Notes: generated by a model from the letters alone, not told the origin. Positions 17,791-30,934 are shown, counted from the first letter of the whole stretch. The stretch: 63,533 nucleotides of DNA, filler included, from Octopus bimaculoides (GCF_001194135.2; 5 parts of 5 records of this genome joined end to end with filler, not necessarily neighbours in it), one strand, 5' to 3'. Made by a program: numbers and translations.

Positions 17791-18215
17791 CTAAACAACA
17801 TTACACGCTTCGGGGTTCTCCGTCGGTGCAGGATGACCATTTATCTGAAGAAGTATGTGCAGGCTCGGGGTCAGAGTTTTGAAGAAGGCTTTCCAGGCCA
17901 CTGATGGAAAGGCTGCCGACTTCGGCCAATACAACTTCGTACAAGTTTCGCCGCGGGTGTTATTGTCAAAATGCAAACGGTGTCACAAATCTAACGCTTG
18001 ATTTTCACTTCTTCTCTTTTTTTTTTTTATTTCTTAATAACCCTGAAAGGATGAGAAGGTAGTCAGACGGCAAAGCTTGAAGATTTGGAACTAATGCCTC
18101 GAAGCAGTCTTTCCAGCGCTCTAACAACCCTGCCAATTCGCCTTCGTCGTTTCATTTCCTGCAATGCATGGCAGACACGCATGCGCGTACTCACATACAC
18201 AAATCCAAACCCAAC

Positions 18216-18267
<52 letters not shown>

Positions 18268-18399
18268 GAGAGAGAAAGATAGATTTGTGTGCATACATAT
18301 ATATATATACACACGCATACATATATATATATACATACATATACATATATATATATATATATAATCTAAATAAGCAATAAGGATAACCAGAGGTAATGC

Positions 18400-18401
18400 A
18401 T

Positions 18402-18443
<42 letters not shown>

Positions 18444-18790
18444 GTCATTATAAATCATTGTCATTCTCATCATTATCATCATCATCATCATCATCATTAT
18501 CATCGTCATCATGATCATCGTCATCCCCCTCATCATCATCATCATCTTCATCATCATCTTCATCATCATTGTCATCATCATCTTCGCTGCCTGTTTCGGT
18601 GGATTTCAGGCAGAACATAAGCACTCAACAGTAGTCTTCCATTGTGGTCTGTCCTGAGTGCTTTCCTTTACTCTTTGGTTCCATTTCGTTCCCAGTTCCC
18701 TTCAATTTCTCTTCTAATCTCTCTGGTAAGTAACGCTCCAGAACCTTGTCTAATTTTGTTTTCTATCTAGTGTTCCAATCTATCTAGTAT
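18400..18790 (-). mobile_element. RTE-type LINE 3' end with long (ATG)n tail
   Basis: Minus strand aaagcactcaggacagaccacaatggaagactactgttgagtgcttatgttc (A.DR..W...V.AL-like C-terminus), followed by (GAT)n. Confidence 0.55.
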
Positions 18791-19635
18791 TATATAAGAA
18801 ATAAATTATACTCGGAAAGAGAGAAAGATAGTATCTGTCTACTTCGAGCCTAGTCTATCGCGAGACTCGGACTTACTTTCATTTCTAAGTGTTTAAACTG
18901 AAAATACAATCCTTCGCCTCCTCCCCACCTCGCGAACGAAACGCTATTCCATCATAGAGTTTACGCCCCTAGCACAAGTGCTGGATCGAGAAAAAGCTAC
19001 GGAGCTGTAAATCCTACTGGTGTCCGGTCCGGATGAGTTTTCCGGTACTGAGTCAAATTAAACCGCAGGCTTCACTCCAAATAATGCCCTTCCATCAATT
19101 CCTGTAAAATTTCTGTTTGCAACCATACTCACCACAGAAGCATTAATGGTTTCTTATGCAGGCTCCTTCCAGTGTCATCGAAGCGAACGCTGGCGGAGAG
19201 CCAGTCACCTCGTTTACAATTGAAACTACGAATGAATCTGATTGTCTTCGAACCTCGCAGTTTCGCTCTTGATCGAGGAAAAGGTATTTGTCAAATGACG
19301 ACGCTGTAGTACATCTTTTACAGTTGCATGTACTTGAGCAACTAGAAATAAACTGCCTTTCTTGAGAACCTCAAGCGCCGACCAGATCCTAAAATTTTAA
19401 CCACTGCACCTCGCACCTTGACAGGTGTTTGTGCATCTCAGGTAAGATACTCAGAAGATTGATAGCATCTCGGAACCCATTAAGCGAGCTGAAGCGCATA
19501 GATTAAAATGCTTTATTCTAATGCAAGCACTACTATAGATCAATCAGAATTACTAGATAAATTTAATTTAAATTGTTTCAAAACATAACGGATTGTAATA
19601 GAGAATAATCCAAATTGTAAATGCTGCTTATAAAT

Positions 19636-19737
<102 letters not shown>

Positions 19738-19837
19738 NNNNNNNNNNNNNNNNNNNNNNNNNNNNNNNNNNNNNNNNNNNNTTAATTAATTAANNNNNNN
19801 NNNNNNNNNNNNNNNNNNNNNNNNNNNNNNNNNNNNN

Positions 19838-20755
19838 CTTAACGAAATTAGTAGGCAATCAACAGTACTAAGTAACAAGAAGAAAACAAAATTACTGTGC
19901 AAATACAACATTACAGAAAAAGATTTACCTGAGGTAAAAGAAAAGCTAAAGCAAGATATCCTTGCCAAAGCACAAAGAACACGCCGGTATGAGAAACGCC
20001 AACGTTTCTTTGAGCAAAACAAACAGTTCAACTCCAACCACCAAAAATTCTACCAAGAACTTGGCAAAAATAAAATAGACATTACTGCAGCACCAACAGC
20101 AGAAGTGGAAGGATTTTGGAAAGAAACATGGTCGGTGACGGATCAACCTCAGAAAAGGACCATTAAAACAACGAACTCAGCACCTGAGCAACTCTACAGA
20201 CCTATAACCTGTCTCCCTGCAATCTACAAAGTCTTTACTTCAATAATATCGCAGAGATTGAGTAAGCACCTGGAAAATATCAACCTGTTTCCAGAAGAGC
20301 AGAAGGGATGCTGCAAGGGCTCATACGGCTGTAAAGATCAATTAATGATCAATAAAGCCATAACTGAAGACAGCCGCAGAAAGAAAGGCCTCAGTATGGC
20401 CTGGGTCGACTACCGAAAGGCTTTTGATAGTGTTCCCCACACGTGGATCCTCGAAACGCTTGCCATAAACAAGGTAGCACCAATAATTATAAAATACATA
20501 AGACACTATGAATAAATGGCAGACAGTGCTACAGCTCCAAACAAAAGAGGGACTCGTGAAAACCAAAGCCATCCCCATTAGCAGAGGAATATTCTAGGGA
20601 GACACGCTCTCTCCACTCCTGTTCTGCATGGTACTGACACCTTTTATCTGACATGCTAAACAGAACTGGATGCGGATACAAATGTTACGGCAAAACAATC
20701 AGTCACCCTTTATATATGGCTAACCTAAAACTATACGCTACAAGTGATAAACAGC
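19838..20755 (+). mobile_element. R4/Dong-clade non-LTR retrotransposon, reverse transcriptase fragment (dead)
   Basis: KAQRTRRYEKR..., YRPITCLPAIYKVFTSI, EEQKGC..GSYGCKDQL, AWVDYRKAFDSVPHTWI, RGIF*GDTLSPLLFC, HPLYMANLKLYA; internal deletion and stops. Confidence 0.92.
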
Positions 20756-21720
20756 CTTTGCAGCTTGCTTCCGTTTCCTGGCATGACGCTCCACTCTACC
20801 CAGCTTGCTGATCTTCTTACGAATATCACACAAGAGGATCTCAATCTCGACCTTGGAGGGGTCTTCTCGCAGTACTGCTCTTAACCTTCTTGCGTCTTTT
20901 CCAAGTTCACGGATAGCTCTTCACCTCCGGGACTCCTTCACCTGAACTGTAGGTCTTTCAGTCAGATCACGTACACCAAATTTCAGCACTCCATAATTAC
21001 TAATCAACTCTTCCAGCACTCGGACTTGCTTGCTTGGATCAACTTTGACCGTGCAGAAAGTCCTCGTTCATTGTAGATCATGCTTTATCAGAGGCACGAG
21101 GCCACTTGATCACTCGCCGGCCAGATGTAGGGGTCTGTGGGACTCTCTGATGTTCGTCCTGGTCCCAGCACTCCAACGACCTATTGGCATTCACCGAGCG
21201 ATTATCAGTTATGGGCTTCAAGCCACACTTCATCTTTGTTTGATGGAACTTCCTTCCTTTCACAGACTTGAAGACTCGCTACGTCCACCACACACCAACT
21301 AGTTTCCATCATAGCCATTATCCAATAAATCCGTCCTTATTGCAGATGTAGTTGTTGTAAGTCAAGAGGTTTTACATCCCCAGTGGACACATACTAGCCC
21401 AACGATGGGCCGGAAGATTACTTATTGGCCTGGGTTTGCCAGACTTGAGGCGGGTGCTATCTTCAAAAGGCTACAAAGAGCTATCCCACTGTCCCTGCAC
21501 AGGCAGGCCATTTTATAACGGTCATTTAGAACTGTTGCACGACCCGATGCTGCACAAGCGAAGACTCAAGGCGGGCAGCTCATTCCCTGCAGTCCGATTA
21601 CTGACGCCACCACCTTCTCACGGCTCTCACCGTCCTATCACAGTAGTCACCATCCTTTCATGGTTGTTACTGGAAAACGAGAGGTCGCAGTAGAAGAAAA
21701 CACCGAGTCCTCCATTTCTC
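20756..21720 (-). mobile_element. HERO-like (R2 superclade) non-LTR 5' fragment adjoining the R4 RT
   Basis: VKGRKFHQTKMKC (zinc-finger relic), GRRVIKWPRASDKA, SRR..AIRELGK and LCDIRKKISKLGRVE..RKRK resemble HERO ORF N-termini; frameshifted. The 5' part is uncertain. Confidence 0.6.
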
Positions 21721-22704
21721 NNNNNNNNNNNNNNNNNNNNNNNNNNNNNNNNNNNNNNNNNNNNNNNNNNNNNNNNNNNNNNNNNNNNNNNNNNNNNNNN
21801 NNNNNNNNNNNNNNNNNNNNNNNNNNNNNNNNNNNNNNNNNNNNNNNNNNNNNNNNNNNNNNNNNNNNNNNNNNNNNNNNNNNNNNNNNNNNNNNNNNNN
21901 NNNNNNNNNNNNNNNNNNNNNNNNNNNNNNNNNNNNNNNNNNNNNNNNNNNNNNNNNNNNNNNNNNNNNNNNNNNNNNNNNNNNNNNNNNNNNNNNNNNN
22001 NNNNNNNNNNNNNNNNNNNNNNNNNNNNNNNNNNNNNNNNNNNNNNNNNNNNNNNNNNNNNNNNNNNNNNNNNNNNNNNNNNNNNNNNNNNNNNNNNNNN
22101 NNNNNNNNNNNNNNNNNNNACACACACACACACACACACACATACACACACACACATATATATATATATATGTACATGTAGGTGTGTGTGTGTGTGTGTG
22201 TGTATATATTTCAACGAAACAAGAGTATCGAAGGTGATCGCTTCTATAGTACACCGGGTATATCAATATCAGTAAAAGCCAAGTCATTATTTAAGTCTCG
22301 ATCAATAACACTCGATCAATAACACTCAAATGAGGTTTGCCTCATAACAACGATGACAACAGTGAGAGACAACGCCTGTTGTCATATAACTCATCTCGTT
22401 AACTAATTCTTCACCATTGAAACACAATACTTATTTCATTTACATATCTCTTAACTTCACCAAATTCAATTAGCTAACCTTGATTAACTTAAACAGTCAT
22501 CGGCGGAGATCATCGGATGGGTTCCCTGTGAAGGCAGTAAAACTAAAGATATCATTTAATATCTATTGAAATCATACATTCGCAAGTAGTCCGCACGCAC
22601 ATGCACGTACGTACATTCATACATACATACATGAAATTTGCCAGCACTTAAGAAGAACATTCAGTAATTTTTTAAAATAAGATTTTTACCCATATTATTT
22701 TATT

Positions 22705-22912
22705 CTACTCTAGGCACAAGGCCCGGAATTTTGGGGAAGGGACCAGTAGATTAGATCGAATCCAGTACGCAACAGGTACTTAATTTATCAACATCGAACG
22801 GATGAAAAGCAAAGTCAACCTTGGCGGAATTTGAACTAAGAACGTAAAGAAAGACGAAATACCGCTAAGCATTTCGCCCACCATTCTAACGTTTCTGCCA
22901 GCTCGCCGCCTT
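22705..22912 (-). mobile_element. Family A SINE about 25 bp upstream of the GRL start codon
   Basis: Near-consensus copy ending in gccagctcgccgcc. Confidence 0.9.
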
Positions 22913-22935
22913 TTTTCCGATATAATTAAAGAAAA

Positions 22936-23958
22936 ATGGTGTCTTCGACTACAAATGAGAACAGAGGACATGCAAAAGAATGTAGTCTTTATGATTTTAT
23001 TCATTCCTTAAAACCACCAGATTACTTCCCTCTACGCCGCATAAAAATGACACGAAATATTTGGATTTCTCTTGGAATATNNNNNNNNNNNNNNNNNNNN
23101 NNNNNNNNNNNNNNNNNNNNNNNNNNNNNNNNNNNNNNNNNNNNNNNNNNNNNNNNNNNNNNNNNNNNNNNNNNNNNNNNNNNNNNNNNNNNNNNNNNNN
23201 NNNNNNNNNNNNNNNNNNNNNNNNNNNNNNNNNNNNNNNNNNNNNNNNNNNNNNNNNNNNNNNNNNNNNNNNNNNNNNNNNNNNNNNNNNNNNNNNNNNN
23301 NNNNNNNNNNNNNNNNNNNNNNNNNNNNNNNNNNNNNNNNNNNNNNNNNNNNNNNNNNNNNNNNNNNNNNNNNNNNNNNNNNNNNNNNNNNNNNNNNNNN
23401 NNNNNNNNNNNNNNNNNNNNNNNNNNNNNNNNNNNNNNNNNNNNNNNNNNNNNNNNNNNNNNNNNNNTAGATTTTCTGCAGATCTTCCCTTTCCCAGCGA
23501 AAGGCTCAGACTACCTTTTCCTACCAATTCTAATAACAACTTATATGCTGACCGTATCACTTATTTTAATGCGTTATAACGAGAATATAGTCCCTGTTTT
23601 CCTTATGGAGATCGTGAAAAAAGAGTTCGATGAACTTAATGAAAGCTTTCCGAAATATATGTTCGATATAAAACATGGAAAATCTATAAATAAATTCAAA
23701 GCTAAAAGTCGTTTGATAGCCGAGATATCACAAAAACATCGAATACTTTGTAAACTGCTCGAACTGTGCAGTGATAAATTTCAACTCCAGTTAGCAACAA
23801 TCATATTCTATATCCCATGCGGCATTTTTTGTACGATATACGGAACACTGAATAAACTACTAAACTATGATGAGATAATTTTTATGGTATGTTTCTTGCT
23901 TGGAAGCACATGTGCAATGCTCAGGTATTTTCATGAAGGCATATTACTGTATAACAAG
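22936..23958 (+). CDS. Gustatory-receptor-like (GRL / 7tm_7, 7TM ion channel superfamily) protein, first coding exon (341 codons including ~129 in the gap); final TM7 exon not located
   Basis: 163 stop-free codons after the gap. TM4 (YLFLPILITTYMLTVSLILM), a long IL2 with F..LN..F and EISQKHRILCKLLELCSDKF, TM5 (LATIIFYIPCGIFCTIYG) and TM6 (IIFMVCFLLGSTCAML..F.EGILLYNK) are present. Canonical phase-0 donor AAG|GTAAGT at 23958/23959; AAAAATGG start context. Confidence 0.75.
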
Positions 23959-24189
23959 GTAAGTAAATTCTTACATATTTATCATTGTCAGCAATTCAAC
24001 TCAAACCAAGATGGAGAAACGCATTCATTTCTTCACTATTGGTCATACCACTTTGTCACGTGTGAAGTAGTGTATTATTTTCACTAGAACACCTCCCATT
24101 TTAGATTTTTTTTTGTTTGGGAAGCAAGTAATTTTATCTTACTTTATTCACGTCTTCTCCCATTATAGCGTTTTTTTGCAACGTATTAC

Positions 24190-25780
24190 TTTAATTTCTT
24201 TTTGGCGTCTATTTGTAGGCACTCTGTGTTCTTTTTCCTTTCACTTGTACGCGTGGGTTCAAGTGAATCTCCGAGAAAATTATTCCTCCATTTAGTTTTA
24301 AAAACACTTCTTTTGCCATGGTAATGGATAGTTTTGTTCGGGTAAACAGTGATTTTATCCAATTGAAAAGTCCGTATACACTCTTAGTTTATTTATTTAT
24401 TTATTTATTTATTTTCTTTGTACAGACTTTTGCAGTTGCCCAGTCTGAATGGTTGTCTATTTAAATTATAGCTAGACTTTCTAGTCTCTCATGCTCTTTA
24501 TTGATTTAGTTCATCGCCGCAAATAGCACATTATGTTTGAGCCTAAAAACAGGGGTTAGCTTTTCTTTTACTCCGATCCTCGCTTTCGTTTTAGTGCAAC
24601 AGCCTAATCCTTCCAAAAAAGACATTTGGAAACAATCTTTCCTTTCTTGTCTCAGTTCGACTTCATCCGAAATTTTAACCGTACCAACAATATTTTCACA
24701 AGAAACACCAATGGGGGTATTCCATATCTTAAATAGGTTTAGTGATGTTTTTCAACACACAGGATTGTCCTTTTCGTTTCACCTCGAAACATTACGTTGA
24801 TAATACATTCACCGATGCAATATAATTTCTTTCTTGTAACACCATATACTACTTAATTTGATTTCAATAATTTCGCCTTTCCGTTTTGTCACCTTGTTTC
24901 TTCATTTATGATAGTGATGTTACTACTCGTGTCTAATTGCATTTTGATACTAATGATTTCGATTTTCACCTTGATGAATATTCTGTTAGTTCTTAAACTT
25001 TTTTCTCAAATGACAAACTATTTATTTTTTCTCGTTAGGACCATTTTTTGTCAACTTAGTTCTTCATTGCAATTTAACGTCTCCTGTGTTCCCGCAACGA
25101 AAGCATTTCGCTTTTTTCAACGGACACTCTTTTCTCAGGTGCCTACCACCACATGCCATACATGGCTCTATCTCTTGATATATATCGTGTCTTTCGCGAA
25201 TCCTTTTATCCACCTTCACAATTGTTCGAACTGATTTGATCTGCAAACAGTCTCTGCGTTGGGTTTCTTCCTTGTTGTGCCTTACTTTTAGTATCCTATC
25301 GCACTCCTCTGACAGTTTCTGAAGGCTTATATTCTGTTCTATTCACAGCTCTGCGAGAATCTTATCACTCTCACTACCGCGTCCTTTCTAGCAGTAAGAC
25401 CCCCCAGTGAGCACTACACGGTAGAACGAGTCTGGAGTTAGTTTATCAGTTTAAGTCTCTCGCACTCTCTGTTCACTCTACCTGCATATGTAGTAAAGTC
25501 TTCGCTATCGCTCTTCTCAGTGATCAAACACTTCCAACGGGTGCTGAACCTCGATGTATTTTCACTAAAATATCAATTGTGTCCGTAAGATTTCTATCAG
25601 AAACTTTTTTAGGCAATATACGGTTACATTATTTCTCATGCTCTGTCGTCGCCGGTTTCCATAGAATTAGACGCGTTTTCATTTCTAACATTGGGTCTGG
25701 GCATTTCCCCCCCAAAATTGTTGAAATCTTCAGTAATAAGCCTCAAAAGAGATTCCTTCTTCCGGGTCATATTTAACTTC
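24190..25780 (-). mobile_element. Ty3/Gypsy (K02A2.6-like) gag-pro-RT relic, antisense in the GRL intron
   Basis: KYDPEEGISFEAYY, TRWKCL...EDFTTYAGRVNRECE, zinc knuckles CMACGGRHLRKECP and CFRCGNTG, GLGCCTKTKA..PVFR, SDWATA, KEVFLKLNGGIIFSEI; many stops and frameshifts. Confidence 0.88.
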
Positions 25781-26571
25781 ATGTATTGAATTTGCTACGT
25801 GGTCTGGCGAAAACGTGTTTTCCAGTTTTGTTATTGAGTTCATTATTTGTAGTATTTACTGCTGTAACATTTGTTTTTATTGCTGTTGTTGCAACTCAAA
25901 TATATGATTGTTTGTATGCATGTAGATGTGTATGCATTTAGGCATGTATGTATGTATATATGTATGTATGCATTTAGGCATGTATGTGTGTATATATGTA
26001 TGTATGTATCTGTGTGTCTGTGTTTGTCCCACCACCATCTCTTGACAACCCTGATGTTGATGTGTTTACCTCACCGTAAAATAAGTATTTCGGCAAAACG
26101 GAACCAAGAGATTAGGTACCCAGATTTCAAAAGAATATAAGTGCTGGCATTGATTCACTTGACTAAAAATTCAAGGCCTCAGCATGGCGGTAGTCTCAAA
26201 GCCGAACCAGGTAAAAGAATAAAAGTATATATATATATATATATATATATATATNNNNNNNNNNNNNNNNNNNNNNNNNNNNNNNNNNNNNNNNNNNNTT
26301 AATTAATTAANNNNNNNNNNNNNNNNNNNNNNNNNNNNNNNNNNNNNNNNNNNNTATATATGTATGTATGCATGTATCCATATATGCATACATACACTCA
26401 TACATTCTTACATGCATAATCCATGAAAGGATACGTAGATACTTATATGCATGCATACATACTTACTATACACTTATCTACAAACACACACTAATATCTG
26501 GGGGTCTTAAAATATACGCTGCATACACAATTCTACACACACATACACACCATGAAACACAAACATATATA

Positions 26572-26603
<32 letters not shown>

Positions 26604-28077
26604 TGCACGTACACACATCATACAAACATATAAAAAAATGCACACACAATCTGCATAAAGGCCGAGTTACAATGTGCATATATGCTCTCGTTGGCTCGCG
26701 CACACACACGCACACGCACACACATACACACACACCAAACACCCACAAATATAACACACACACACAAATATTCTAAATTACGTCACTTCCTGCTATTGCA
26801 ATATAGATTATAATGCCGAGAGCAAACTTTCATAAAAATTATCAAAGTCACTACAGTTTTTTTTTTGTTATTTTTTTCTTTCCTGTTCACTTTTAAAAAT
26901 GTATTTATTTTTGTTTTTCTCCTTGCAGGTTTCCCAATGCCGTAATTAATACAAAATTTGTTAATTTACGATGAAGATTGACTGGCAGACTCGTTAAAAT
27001 TGAAAATAAATTTTTTTTAAATTATTTAGAAAACTATCAGAATAAAATCATTATAATAATTATGTTTGTTGTTCTTCTTCTTCTTTGTGGTTGTTACGTT
27101 TTGTCAAATATTTTATTGTTGTTGCGATTATTATTCTTGTTGTAATTGTTGTAATAGTTGTTGTTCCTCCTTGAAATAGTTTCATTTTTCTTGATTATCG
27201 TATCTGATATTGTTGAAGAGCTTTCTAACGAATCTAGGTGTGTTATAAATTTAATAAAATGTTGGGAGATCCTCGGGTAATTTACATTGTTGATATTTTG
27301 TGACCTATTTTATTTCTTCTCATTGCTTTTCTTTTTCTCCTCCTCCTACTCCTCCTCCTCACCAATTAATTAATAGGGCTTATTAATGTATCTATATTTC
27401 GTTATCAAACATAACATTCTATCACTTAGATTTATATATTATATTTGAACATCTTTTTAGACATAATTGATTGATGTTATTTTTTTTTCTTCATCTCATT
27501 TCACATAATTATTATAAATAATCGATAAACTACCAAACAAAACGACGTTTAGTTACATTGTGGTATTTAGTTATGAATCATTACATTTCAGGTTCAAATA
27601 CTACTAGAATTATCTTTGTTTCGGGGATCGATAAAATAAATACCAGCCAAATATTGCATCTGATTTAATCGACCATACGGTAATCCTGTTAAACGGAATT
27701 CAAGACTTTAAAAGAGTAAAGGTCTTTTTGTTTTTATTATATTTTTCCCCCGCAAAAAAAAATAATCACGTAATTACAATCAAAGAATACCGTTTACGAA
27801 AATTTCTCGTAAATGCACTAGTTTTCACAAATGATAACAATAGATGATAAAGTACAAAAGTATAAAAGCAAAATTACTGCTCCGGTCTCTCCCATCTCAA
27901 CTGTTCACCGAAAAGAAATCTAATAGTTTACACACAGGACTAAACCACATAAATATAATACAATGTTAAAATACTGCAATATTGAATGAATTCTCAAACT
28001 AATAAATACTATGTCTCCTCCAAAATATTGAAATTTGTTGCCCCAACCTCAACATTTTAGTATTAATGAGAAGATAA

Positions 28078-28287
28078 AGTCGGCGAGCTGACAGAATCGT
28101 CAACACGCCAAAAAACATGCTTAGCAGCATTTCGTCCGTCTTTACGTTCTGAGTTCAAATTCCGCTGAGGTCGACTTTGCTTTTCATCTTTTTGGGGTCG
28201 ATAAAATAAGTAGCGGTTCAGCACCGGAGTCGATATAATCGAACCTCTCACCCAAAATTACTAGCCTTGTGCCAAAATTTGAAACCA
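28078..28287 (+). mobile_element. Family A SINE (inverted partner at about 29185-29306)
   Basis: gtcggcgagctgacagaatcg...ctgagttcaaattccgctgaggtcgactttgc. Confidence 0.9.
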
Positions 28288-29852
28288 TTATAAATGAGAA
28301 GATAAAATAGAGCTTACATCCATATAGTTCTTTTTTAGTCACCATAGTGTTGCACAGGTTTTAAAATTTTTAAACCATCTAAATTTTATTAAGCTGGAGC
28401 GGATCTTTTCTATTTGGCTGCCAATTTTCAATCTCTTCAATTTCTGTTCGAATTGATTTCATATCCGGTATAATGATGTAGTTTTGTATGCTAATAAATG
28501 CTTTGATATTCATTTTCGCCATAAATCAACAAATAAAGAGTTAATAGCTTTTAAAGTTTATAAATTCTACCAGTATTTCATTTGTTTACAGTTGATACCA
28601 CGTGCTGTCACGCACAAAATGACAGCTTCCAAATCCTGTTTTCTGACTGAGTGAAAATTTAAACTTTAAACTTCTATAACTTTTTTTTTTTTAATTTCTG
28701 GAAAAGTGAAATATCTCTGGAGNNNNNNNNNNNNNNNNNNNNNNNNNNNNNNNNNNNNNNNNNNNNNNNNNNNNNNNNNNNNNNNNNNNNNNNNNNNNNN
28801 NNNNNNNNNNNNNNNNNNNNNNNNNNNNNNNNATACTCACGCATAACATACACGTCGCTGTGATAGAAGAAACGAAATTCAAGCCCGAAATAGGACGGTC
28901 CAATAGGACGGGTGTCTAAGGAAAATGGTAATGTAAATTGCATAATTTCTTTTGAAATTGTATTCTCTCTAAAGCGTTATCTTCTTTAAATCGTGTAAAG
29001 CTCTCATAGACTGTACTGATAGTAAATCTCACAGAAACCATCGTTGAAAACAATAGTCTTTCTAATACATTTGTCACTTCCTCTATTTGGAGAGTTGTTA
29101 TTTATTATTTCTACATTATGCCAAGGAGTAATCTCGTTTAAATTAGGACGAAGTCGAAAATTATCAGTAATATTCTTTTCTACGCTAGACACAAGACCCG
29201 AAATTTTGATGGGGTGGAGCCAGTCGATTAGATCGACCCAGTACGCAACTGGTACTGAATTTATCGACCCCCGAAAGGATGAAAGGCAAAGTCGACCTCG
29301 GCGGATATAATCAGTAATATTACTTACTGTGTAAGGTCTGAGTAAGTCTTAATATACTAAATTGCATTTTTATTTTCATAACAAAGAAAAATGTACATCA
29401 CTGGACTTGAATTTACAGTAGCTTCCCTACCAAGCTGTGGGTTTGAAAGAAATTCTTAATTTCAGTATTCATCAATCAGTTATTTTATGAATAATATTAA
29501 CATAAATATATCGTGAATATATAATATCTTTTATTTCCTTCCATAGTTTATCAGTCTGTTGTCTTGCGAATTATGTAAATGTTATGTGTATAATAGATTA
29601 TGTCTTTAATTTTCTTCCGTAGTGATATCATTCTATGTAATAAACTGCTTGTTTTTTAAATCATTCTCAAATTTCTATTTTTTTTTTTTTTTATGGAAAC
29701 TGTTTCTGATTTCAGTCCTCATAATCTGGTTATCTCTATTTCCAGATATTTAAATTAAAATTTTCATTTCTATCCTATGTTGAAACTGATAATTCGATTA
29801 CGAATCATTTCATTTCTTGCGTTTTTTGACAACAATATGACATATAAGCCTT

Positions 29853-29904
<52 letters not shown>

Positions 29905-29909
<5 letters not shown>

Positions 29910-30295
29910 CTGACGTATCACAGAATATAGTTGTTTTGTCATCCTCTGATACCTATTCCGATGTCCGTTTATACCACTATTTTCTGTTTGCATTCTTCAA
30001 TGATCTTGTAACTTCTAGAGTATGAACACCACAACACTATCTATTGCCTTGTACTTTGCCTTGTCTAAAACTGAGATGCATGAGACAGTGTAGTTCATTG
30101 TTTCTTCCCAGTCTGCACATATTTTGAAGTTAACTCCATTTATTCTTTTTCATTAGTTAATGTTAACAGTTTTAACGAGGCGGCTTTGATGCTGCCGCAA
30201 TAAAAACTCCTTCAATCTTATCTTTGAGTCCTAAGCCAATTGAGTGTTTTTCTTTGTCTATTTCCACTATGTCCAGGGTTTTTTAAAGTCAGATT
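29905..30295 (-). mobile_element. Decayed R4-type LINE fragment (CCHC region)
   Basis: Minus-strand traces W..T.GLKDKIEGVFIAA and KICADWEETMNYTVSCISVL..KY. Confidence 0.55.
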
Positions 30296-30413
30296 GCCGC
30301 CTTAACCGATCACCTTGCAGACCATAAAATATTAATTAACGCTGAGATTTTTTAATTAATAATTGTAATTAATAATGTAAGTTTATTATATTTCGTTTTT
30401 CCTTTAATATATA

Positions 30414-30592
30414 GGCGCAGGCACGGCTGCATGGTAAGAAGTTTGCTTCACAACTACATGGTCTCGGATCCAGTCCCACTGCGTGGCAACTTAGGTGAAT
30501 GTCTTCCACTATGGCCCCGCGCTGACCAAAGCTTTGCAAGTGAATTTGACAGACAGAAACTGGAAGAAGCCCACCGTGTGTGTGTGTGTGTG
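30414..30592 (+). mobile_element. tRNA-derived SINE family C; other copies at about 32017-32100, 32990-33090, 41995-42150(-), 46160-46310(-), 57605-57765, 59420-59586(-)
   Basis: ggcgcaggcgtggctgtgtggtaagaagcttgcttc...gttcagtcccactgcgtggcacctt...gaaactgaaagaagccc consensus. Confidence 0.85.
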
Positions 30593-30934
30593 NNNNNNNN
30601 NNNNNNNNNNNNNNNNNNNNNNNNNNNNNNNNNNNNNNNNNNNNNNNNNNNNNNNNNNNNNNNNNNNNNNNNNNNNNNNNNNNNNNNNNNNNNNNNNNNN
30701 NNNNNNNNNNNNNNNNNNNNNNNNNNNNNNNNNNNNNNNNNNNNNNNNNNNNNNNNNNNNNNNNNNNNNNNNNNNNNNNNNNNNNNNNNNNNNNNNNNNN
30801 NNNNNNNNNNNNNNNNNNNNNNNNNNNNNNNNNNNNNNNNNNNNNNNNNNNNNNNNNNNNNNNNNNNNNNNNNNNNNNNNNNNNNNNNNNNNNNNNNNNN
30901 NNNNNNNNNNNNNNNNNNNNNNNNNNNNNNNNNN

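Noticed and set aside
23959-24087. Unspliced C-terminal extension of the GRL ORF (VSKFLHIYH...YYFH*)
   Set aside because: It begins at a perfect GTAAGT donor and has no TM7-like character, so it is most likely intron.
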